Positions 26,724-33,678 of a stretch of DNA of 63,267 nucleotides are shown here, piece by piece (position 1 is the stretch's first letter; every line of letters starts with the position of its first letter). Under the pieces are notes generated by a model, which did not search any database, was not told where the DNA came from, and saw nothing but the letters and a program-made list of their open reading frames with translations. Both the position numbers and the translations under genes were made by a program. Source of the stretch: Candidatus Dadabacteria bacterium (lineage in GTDB: Bacteria; Bdellovibrionota_C; UBA2361; J046); the NCBI GenBank assembly GCA_003696425.1, contig RFHI01000055.1, forward strand, positions 1-63,267, written 5' to 3'.

Positions 26724-27213
26724 CTCTGACAGCCTCTTTTGAAAAATATTCCGGTTTGACAGCCTTGTTTTTTAAAACCCGTATCTCTTTATTCTTATGG
26801 TCAATTACCAAATGTACATTCGCCTTTTTAGCCAGGGCTGCTCCAAGTTCATCCAAAGTTCCCAGCGTATTGATGGTAATCCTCTGATTTGCTATTGTCC
26901 CGGCTACATAGCTCCTGTAACGCATTGCTCTGGCAAGCGAATTAGCAGCCTGTTCCAGGGTAGCGTTATTTAATTTAAGCTGCATTATCGGGTCAATTTT
27001 GGGTGCACTGGTATAGACAACCCTGGCTGGGGCCGGATCGGGAAGATGTGCCCAACGCAATCTGTTATATACCGGCTCGGGCGGCAGCTGACTACTGGCA
27101 ACTCTAAACACTTTTCTTTTCTTAGGCTCCTGATACTTTTTGCCTATTGTTGTGCTACAACCGAAAACCAGCATCAATGTTCCCAATAATAATATAAATC
27201 TGGCTTGTTTCAT
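26710..27213 (-). CDS. lipoprotein with secretin-N0/TcpQ/DotD/PilL-like domain
   Basis: 167 aa with lipobox LVFGC. LKLNNATLEQAANSLARAMRYRSYVAGTIANQRITINTLGTLDELGAALAKKANVHLVIDHKNKEIRV follows the N0/STN-type pattern. It overlaps the traC start by 14 nt. Confidence 0.45.
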   Translation of the reverse strand: MKQARFILLLGTLMLVFGCSTTIGKKYQEPKKRKVFRVASSQLPPEPVYNRLRWAHLPDPAPARVVYTSAPKIDPIMQLKLNNATLEQAANSLARAMRYRSYVAGTIANQRITINTLGTLDELGAALAKKANVHLVIDHKNKEIRVLKNKAVKPEYFSKEAVRDEHK

Positions 27214-27229
27214 TCTTACTCAAATCTCC

Positions 27230-27682
27230 TTACGGTGACTCATTAGAGTTAACATATGGCACATTGGACGCTTTTGACTCGCCGTTTCCAAGCTGACTTT
27301 CAAGCTCAAAGGCATCCTGTACTGCCCAGCGTTCTTTAAGAACTTTAAGGTAGTAATAATGAGCTGGAACCAGATCACCATGACTATTTAAATGATCAGG
27401 AATCCACATTATTCTTACTACAGCAGGTTGCATTACCGGCTTGACTGGCTGTGGTGTATGCGCCCGTTGGTATGAAGCCATCTGTTCAAGTGCCTGTCGA
27501 GCAGTGTCAAACGGTCCGCTTCCACCAAGAGCATGGTCATTGGGCTCACCCTTAAAGGCCACTGGGCTGGGAGGTTCACTAAAGGGATTAAGAACGTTAC
27601 CAACTGAAGCACAGGCGTTTAACAAGAGTAATATAGTCAGCAACGTTGTGAATTTAGTCAATTTAACAGTTTTCATGATCAA
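27230..27682 (-). CDS. T4SS outer-membrane lipoprotein, TraV-like
   Basis: 150 aa with lipobox LLNAC. It lies between the TraB-like and TraC-like genes, as traV (or the TIGR03751 lipoprotein) does. Confidence 0.5.
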   Translation of the reverse strand: MIMKTVKLTKFTTLLTILLLLNACASVGNVLNPFSEPPSPVAFKGEPNDHALGGSGPFDTARQALEQMASYQRAHTPQPVKPVMQPAVVRIMWIPDHLNSHGDLVPAHYYYLKVLKERWAVQDAFELESQLGNGESKASNVPYVNSNESP

Positions 27683-27707
27683 CCTCTTAAAAAACGCTAT
27701 AAGTCAC

Positions 27708-28940
27708 CTAATCAAGTGAAGTAAAAACCACTCCACTGTCTTCATCCTCTAATTCATCATATAAATCCGGTATAGTTACCGGCTTTGAAAATACAGCAGT
27801 GGCCTCACGGCCTGAATATATTCTGACATGGGCCGGCATATTTTTTAGCCTTTCTTTCAAAAGATTTGCCCAGCTTTCAGCTCCTGACGCTAGCATTTTA
27901 CCGGCAGTATAAACAGGAACGTTTCCGGTAAGATTCTCCACAACTGTTCCGTCAAATCCGGCTGTCTGTCTGGACTGACTTTTTGCAATCCCATCGCCCA
28001 AAGCCCCCAGGCCTCCTACCATCATTGTACCGGCAATAGCCTTACCGAGTGGATCAATAAGAATGCCTTCCATGCCGCGAATACCATCTTCGCCGACCAC
28101 CCAGCCGTCAATCGAAACCGTTTTACGACGACCACTATTAGGAAGTCTTATGCTCATAGTTGTCAGACGGAAAAGTGCTCTTGCATTCGCAATTGATCCC
28201 TGGGCTGCAGCCATAATGTGCGCCTCTCCAACTGGCAGGGTAGAACCATCAGGACCTTTGATCGGCCCAATTGTTTTAAGCACAACGGGATAGGGAGTCC
28301 CATCAGTGGGGGCATCAACACCTGCCAGAAGTTTAAATCTTACCGAGTCACCAGGACCAATATAAACTACTCGACCCGGTTCGGGGGGAGCTGGTGGCAC
28401 AGGTTCCTGGTCCTCCAACGAACCAAAAGTATCAAGAGCGTTTTCGTCAAATGCCGGTGGCACATCACCACCATATGAAGCAGCTGGCTCCTGAGACGGG
28501 TCCTGCCAGTCCACCGGTTCACCTGGATTATAATTATCTTCACCAGGCGGCATATATCCTGCTGGCGCTGCCTCAGTTTCTTCTATGCGTTCAAGTATTT
28601 TCTTAAATATCTCAGCTGTGCGAGCCTCGTACTGTTTCATATTTTCACGATTTTCCTGCAGCTCTTGCTGCTGCTTTTTAGTCTGCTCATTGAGCTGTTC
28701 AAGCTGCTTGGAAAATGCTGTTATTAAGTCCTTGTATGCTTCTTCCGCCCCCATAGCACCGCTATCCGGGTTTTCAGGTATGGTCTGATGCAATTTGGTA
28801 ATTGGTCTCCTGTGAGGACGCGGATTGGGCATAATCATCCAGACTAAGAAGAACAAAACCACTCCTCCTACAATTACCTGGGTCTTGCGATCTTCCTTAA
28901 TTAAAAGCTGAAAATCCTGTAATTTCTGTTTGATACTCAT
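27708..28940 (-). CDS. traB: T4SS core protein, TraB/VirB10-like
   Basis: 410 aa: short cytoplasmic N-terminus, one TM helix, a coiled coil (QLNEQTKKQQQELQENRENMKQYE), a Pro-rich linker (PVPPAPPEPG) and a C-terminal beta-rich domain. This is the VirB10/TraB architecture and gene position. Confidence 0.65.
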   Translation of the reverse strand: MSIKQKLQDFQLLIKEDRKTQVIVGGVVLFFLVWMIMPNPRPHRRPITKLHQTIPENPDSGAMGAEEAYKDLITAFSKQLEQLNEQTKKQQQELQENRENMKQYEARTAEIFKKILERIEETEAAPAGYMPPGEDNYNPGEPVDWQDPSQEPAASYGGDVPPAFDENALDTFGSLEDQEPVPPAPPEPGRVVYIGPGDSVRFKLLAGVDAPTDGTPYPVVLKTIGPIKGPDGSTLPVGEAHIMAAAQGSIANARALFRLTTMSIRLPNSGRRKTVSIDGWVVGEDGIRGMEGILIDPLGKAIAGTMMVGGLGALGDGIAKSQSRQTAGFDGTVVENLTGNVPVYTAGKMLASGAESWANLLKERLKNMPAHVRIYSGREATAVFSKPVTIPDLYDELEDEDSGVVFTSLD

Positions 28941-28947
28941 CTTTGAT

Positions 28948-29754
28948 CTACCTTGTTTTTCTAGGTCTGGTTATTACATAAACTTTTGCCGTGTCTTTAC
29001 CAGATATCTGTTGCTCGATTGTTAAGGGTCGGGCAGCAATCTCCCAGCGGTTAGCACTTATTGCCCGCGTACCGTCCAGCCGGAATGTAGCCGGATTAAG
29101 CAGCTGAGTCTGATCTAAAAGATTTTGAGCATCCAATACATAGCCCCATAAATTTGGTCCGATAAAAATCTTGTCTATAGTGGTAAGCAACGTGCCATCG
29201 TTCAAAACCACTGTTCCTTTGTATTTATCTGTCATCTGATAACCACGGATTGAATCCTTACCGAATTCAGCAACCAGTACCATCTCACGCATTAATCCAC
29301 TGACCTGACTTGGAGGCGCATATTCATATTGCCGTTCTTTGTGTCGTGGCAAGTCTTCTTCTTCCGATGAAAGGATCAGTCCACGGCGGCTGTCAGTTAC
29401 ATTGACAACATCGTCACGAGGCTTTTCATCAGTGGCACGCTTAATGCGAATGGGGTAGGATCTCCCATCCTCTAACCGAACAATCGCAGCTTCACCTGCT
29501 GTTGTAAGGCTTTCATTTGCGAAAATGATCAGATCGGCATCTTTACGATCCAGCATTACCGCTGAAACTTTCTTCTTGAAACCGCCCGAGATTTTGCCCG
29601 GAAAATGAACCTGGGTCGGTTCCCCGGGGGCTACCCGTATTTCAATCTCTTTATTCTCAAACTCTACTTCACGAGCCATTGCAGCGCTGCTATTTATGAG
29701 TAGCAGTCCTAACATTAATAAAAGCATCTTTCCTGCTAAACAGTCTCTCTTCAT
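28948..29754 (-). CDS. traK: T4SS periplasmic/outer-membrane core protein, TraK/VirB9-like
   Basis: 268 aa with a signal peptide and beta-rich sequence. It lies between the TraE-like and TraB-like genes. Confidence 0.55.
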   Translation of the reverse strand: MKRDCLAGKMLLLMLGLLLINSSAAMAREVEFENKEIEIRVAPGEPTQVHFPGKISGGFKKKVSAVMLDRKDADLIIFANESLTTAGEAAIVRLEDGRSYPIRIKRATDEKPRDDVVNVTDSRRGLILSSEEEDLPRHKERQYEYAPPSQVSGLMREMVLVAEFGKDSIRGYQMTDKYKGTVVLNDGTLLTTIDKIFIGPNLWGYVLDAQNLLDQTQLLNPATFRLDGTRAISANRWEIAARPLTIEQQISGKDTAKVYVITRPRKTR

Positions 29755-29765
29755 TGCTCTACTCC

Positions 29766-30413
29766 CTAATTTAAAACGTTTTCATGCTTTACATCCGTTA
29801 TAACAATCCCGTATGGATTAAGCGGATTACGTGGTACAGTCGTCATAGTTACCGTAAAACGTGACCTTACCGGTGGAAGTTCACGTCCGGCTATTATCTT
29901 TAAACGTTCTCCTGTTACACTGAGTACAGCAGTATCACGTGAAGGCCTTGTTATTTTAGTCTTAAGCGGATCTGCGAAAAATATCTGGGTACGATTTGTT
30001 GTTTCGATTGCCTGAAGTTCGGTTTCCATCATTTCTTTGCGAAACTTGGTAAGCATTGGTTCACGGAGCATTTCAGCTGCTTTGAGAAATTGCCTGCGAG
30101 CCACATTGGACTGATAGCTTGCTATGAGATTAATAAACTCTGTACCGGTATTAATGAACTCAGTATCCGGTATTTCCTGAGCCTGGTACTGCCCCGGCAG
30201 CGGCTTAGCTGGAACATTCAAGATAGTCGTGCGTGTGCCGTAGAGCCACATGCACATTATTAACGTAAAAAATGTTATTGGTACCTGTAGAACTGCAATA
30301 CCGCGCCAGAGCATGGCCTGCTCACGGTAGTTCTCCCAGAGCTTAAAGGTGTCATTCTCACCACGAGAATCGATGATATTGGCATCTTTAAGTATCTTTG
30401 CTGCCTTAGCCAT
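29766..30413 (-). CDS. traE: T4SS inner-membrane protein, TraE/VirB8-like
   Basis: 215 aa with a single TM helix (IAVLQVPITFFTLIMCMWLY) and a periplasmic domain whose spacing resembles F TraE (FINLIASYQSNV...TQIFFADP...VTGERL). Confidence 0.55.
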   Translation of the reverse strand: MAKAAKILKDANIIDSRGENDTFKLWENYREQAMLWRGIAVLQVPITFFTLIMCMWLYGTRTTILNVPAKPLPGQYQAQEIPDTEFINTGTEFINLIASYQSNVARRQFLKAAEMLREPMLTKFRKEMMETELQAIETTNRTQIFFADPLKTKITRPSRDTAVLSVTGERLKIIAGRELPPVRSRFTVTMTTVPRNPLNPYGIVITDVKHENVLN

Positions 30414-30458
30414 CTAAAAAAACCTCCAGAAAATTAAAACCTGTTCGGATGCTCAAAA

Positions 30459-30902
30459 CTACTGCGACTCTTCCTCTTCCTCCATTAAGTAGATGAAATT
30501 GTCGTCATCATCCTCCAAATCTTCTCCGTTGCCTTCAAAAATCTGATCCAACCCGAGTTTCATGTACATACTCTCAGTATCCTGTTCTCTAAGTGGCGCG
30601 CCACTCCAGATCGGCTGAACACAGGCAGGCGCCGGTATGCCCGGAGGACAAGCCCCCATTGCTGCCATAACTGCGTTACAAATGCCGCGCTCCTCATCCG
30701 GAAATTTTGAACGAATTGCTACCATGCCATAAACAACAGCAAGTCCCAGGCCAATAAAAAGGGGCATTGAACGAGCAAGATTCATCTGAAGAACTTCCGG
30801 GGCTAACATGAAAACTGTTATACCCGATATCCAGTCGGAGATTTTTGCTCCAAGCAGGGTATAGCTCTCATTTAAGCAGGGTATTACAGTTCCATTGTCC
30901 AT
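30459..30902 (-). CDS. traL: T4SS membrane protein, TraL/VirB3-like, with poly-acidic C-terminal tail
   Basis: 147 aa. IPCLNESYTLLGAKISDW matches the TraL N-terminal pattern (iPxyLdxpxxxlg). Two TM helices. The tail is GEDLEDDDDNFIYLMEEEEESQ. Confidence 0.5.
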   Translation of the reverse strand: MDNGTVIPCLNESYTLLGAKISDWISGITVFMLAPEVLQMNLARSMPLFIGLGLAVVYGMVAIRSKFPDEERGICNAVMAAMGACPPGIPAPACVQPIWSGAPLREQDTESMYMKLGLDQIFEGNGEDLEDDDDNFIYLMEEEEESQ

Positions 30903-30927
30903 ATTTAAACCCTTTTATTTAATATCA

Positions 30928-31275
30928 TTACTTCTGTCCTCCAGAGAGCCTCGGATCAGGCTCAAAGCGCACACCCTTTTCAGTAATCACCGGCTGCGGA
31001 TCAAGAATCTTCTCCAGATCGTGTGCTCTATCAATTAAAGTTGTACGCCACTCTTTTGTATTTAACAGCGCCTGCGGATCTGCCATTTGCATGCCGCGAT
31101 CAAATTCCCGCACGGCAGCAAGAAGTAAAGATCTGGCTCTGGCATAGTGGCCAACTGCCGCTGCAAGCTCAGCCCCACGAGCGCGCTCAAGAGCTGCCGA
31201 AGTATTCTCCGCAGAGGCTATCTGCGCCCATATCAGCACAAGCCCCAGGCAGACAAGATATCTGAGATTATTCAT
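30928..31275 (-). CDS. small secreted helical protein, first gene of the T4SS operon
   Basis: 115 aa with a signal peptide (LVLIWAQIASA). Positional analogue of the small secreted proteins at the head of G-type tfc operons; no firm motif. Confidence 0.45.
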   Translation of the reverse strand: MNNLRYLVCLGLVLIWAQIASAENTSAALERARGAELAAAVGHYARARSLLLAAVREFDRGMQMADPQALLNTKEWRTTLIDRAHDLEKILDPQPVITEKGVRFEPDPRLSGGQK

Positions 31276-31604
31276 TTTTTTGCTCCCTCAAAGAGATTGA
31301 CACAACTCTGTTTCTGGAGTCAGTTCAATACTGTTATGAGGGTGAAAGTGCTCAATGATACGTAAAGTGATAATTTAATCAGCAGATTTTAATTATTGAG
31401 GGCCAGCCGTAAATTTCAGAAGCAGAATCTTTTAAATTAACGATATTAATTCTAGAGGTCCGAGCGCCCAAAGGGCGCACTGCGCCATAATGGCCTAAAA
31501 TTGCTTAGAAACTTAATAAATATTAAAATTGCTCCAGTTAGTCTAGAGATACTACGCAGTAACAATTTAACTTAACTAATTCAAAAGCAAGGTACTAGTT
31601 CCAG
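31276..31604. promoter_or_regulatory. divergent promoter region of the two T4SS operons; candidate oriT/operator
   Basis: AT-rich 329-bp gap between divergent operons with an isolated GC-rich element at 31464-31486: gcgccc-aaa-gggcgc, overlapping ggcgc-act-gcgcc (mutually exclusive hairpins). tctagag is repeated at about 31451 and 31541. Confidence 0.4.
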
Positions 31605-33665
31605 GTGTCATCGCTCAAACCTGATAAGGTTATAGAAAAGGAAGTAGGAGAGCTAACTTTACCTGCTGTCCGTAGAGGCAAAAGCCTTCTTATTATTGCT
31701 GTAATTTTGCTGTTAACCGTCACAGCATTTTTCATTGTAACCGTAACAGGTAGCCAGTTATCCACAGCCAGAGAATTTAGTATTAAAAAACAACTTGTAA
31801 AGTCAGGCAGCCCCTGGGCTGTGCAGCTGGTTAAAAGCGAGATAGCCTATGAAAAGTGGCTTATGCAGCATGCCTCTGATAGTGAGCTTTATATATTTAA
31901 AGGCGTTGTCGGTTTTGTTTTAAGCTCAGCCCTGAAACGTGAAGTCTCTTCAAAAAAAAGTATATTTGGCAACGCAATTTCCCGAAGCTTTGAAGCTGCG
32001 CTCCTACGTATCTCGTTTTTTATTCTGGCATCCTGGCGGCTCTGGCTGTTGGCGATACTAACTGCAATTTACCTCGGCATCAAATCATGGAAAGTTCATA
32101 AGGGTGACGATCTTTTGGGCCAATCTGGAAATGGCAGATTATTCTATTCCGGTATTAATGCCCGACTTGAAAATCTTACTTCTGAAGGCATTCCAGATAT
32201 TCACCGCGTGGGCCTGGCATGCCCCGAAAAAGAGAGCGAAAGCAGAACCAGAAACTCAGCGATTGGAAAGTTGCTTGACGCTTATGGTGCACTGAATGAT
32301 ACGAACATCACGCTGGCAGCTATTATATTAAAGCACTCTGACTGGGCAGGATTTATAGTTGATGGCGCTACAGAACTGCCAGTAACTGAGTTCAACCTTG
32401 CAGCAACATCTTTGGAAGTTCTCAACAAAGCATTGGCAGTGCATGCTCTCTATCAAAAAACTGGCGCACTACCCTCACAACTTCCCTGGGAAGAACAGCC
32501 AGTTTCAACAAATCAGCAGGAACTCATGCTTATAGCTGAACAACAGCAGCGGGTAACCAGCCTGAAGGAATACGGGCGGCTGCTAGAATATGCTCTTGAT
32601 CGTGTACTTACTCCGGCAATGCGGCAGATAATATCTGAAATACCTGCTGAAGAAATAGCCACACTGGTTCTTGCCCACCAGGCTGGCAAGGTACTCGCCT
32701 ATACTCCGGCAGGTGGCAGCTGGTTTAAAGAATCAAAATTCGAGCAACTCTCAGCACGGGCAGTACTCCACTCTGTAGCTGCTTACGGTCAGGAATACGA
32801 CTACTATACGAGAACGAATTTACGACAGGCATTGATTTACGGATCGCGCAGCACAGTATTTGGGCCGGTTCGACTACCTGTTGATATCAGCGCGCGGGCA
32901 CTTGCCATGCGACAATGGGTAGAGATCCTTATGGCCACGCCGGCCAATCTGGTCCCTACTGCTGATGAGGTAGAGCTCTTTGGCCTGGTTCGGGAAAGTT
33001 TTACTCTGTGGCAGGCCACATTTTTTGATAGGATAGTTGCCGGAGACCAAAAATTCAGTGGAGTTTTTGCGCCCCGAGGTGTAAATCTGGTGTTCTTTAG
33101 TCTTGCCGCAATTATTGAATCACTTGAAAGCTGTTTTGACAAACAGGCTCTGGACCGCCTGATGTATCTTATCGAGCTTGCGGGTAAGCGTCAGGCAGAG
33201 CTTATAAGAAACCTTGAAAAATCCGATGACGAAGCCCTTACTATCCCTATTTATGAACGAATTCCAGTACCAGTCAGTGAAAGTGAAATACAAAAACTTA
33301 GTAAGCACCATCAAATAGACCCTGATTCACTGCGACACTGGTCTGCATTACGTTATATTTTAAGTGCACACGGCTTTTTAGCACGCAGAGTAGGGGACCG
33401 TACCGTGCCGGAAAGCGGTGTAACTTTTGTAGTTTTTGAATCTAATCAAAGCACCACCGAAGCCGGTAAGTCCGAATTAATTGGTCGTGCAGCACAGGTT
33501 GTTTTTAGGGGCAATCCCTTTCAGGAGCATTTCGGCCCGCACTGGCGCGATAAGTTTACCGCAGTAAACTCTGCTGTGATCGCAGAAACTCCCGAAGAGT
33601 ACCAGCGGGTGTTAAACGGCAGAACTGAACCAGGTCAAACAGAAAATGAGGCAGTTAACGGATAA
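31605..33665 (+). CDS. polytopic membrane protein with large cytoplasmic domain, encoded immediately upstream of the coupling protein
   Basis: 686 aa with a GTG start. There are 3-4 TM helices in the first 160 aa or so, then about 520 aa of soluble sequence with no catalytic motif I recognise. It ends 13 nt before the T4CP start. Confidence 0.5.
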   Translation: MSSLKPDKVIEKEVGELTLPAVRRGKSLLIIAVILLLTVTAFFIVTVTGSQLSTAREFSIKKQLVKSGSPWAVQLVKSEIAYEKWLMQHASDSELYIFKGVVGFVLSSALKREVSSKKSIFGNAISRSFEAALLRISFFILASWRLWLLAILTAIYLGIKSWKVHKGDDLLGQSGNGRLFYSGINARLENLTSEGIPDIHRVGLACPEKESESRTRNSAIGKLLDAYGALNDTNITLAAIILKHSDWAGFIVDGATELPVTEFNLAATSLEVLNKALAVHALYQKTGALPSQLPWEEQPVSTNQQELMLIAEQQQRVTSLKEYGRLLEYALDRVLTPAMRQIISEIPAEEIATLVLAHQAGKVLAYTPAGGSWFKESKFEQLSARAVLHSVAAYGQEYDYYTRTNLRQALIYGSRSTVFGPVRLPVDISARALAMRQWVEILMATPANLVPTADEVELFGLVRESFTLWQATFFDRIVAGDQKFSGVFAPRGVNLVFFSLAAIIESLESCFDKQALDRLMYLIELAGKRQAELIRNLEKSDDEALTIPIYERIPVPVSESEIQKLSKHHQIDPDSLRHWSALRYILSAHGFLARRVGDRTVPESGVTFVVFESNQSTTEAGKSELIGRAAQVVFRGNPFQEHFGPHWRDKFTAVNSAVIAETPEEYQRVLNGRTEPGQTENEAVNG

Positions 33666-33678
33666 GATTTAAGAGCAG

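Noticed and set aside
31605-33665. MobH/TraI-type relaxase assignment for the 686-aa protein, based on its position next to the T4CP
   Set aside because: I can find no 3H or HxDE...PHxH motif and no intact HD pair. LAHQAGK is only a weak HD-like trace. It is kept as an unknown T4CP partner.
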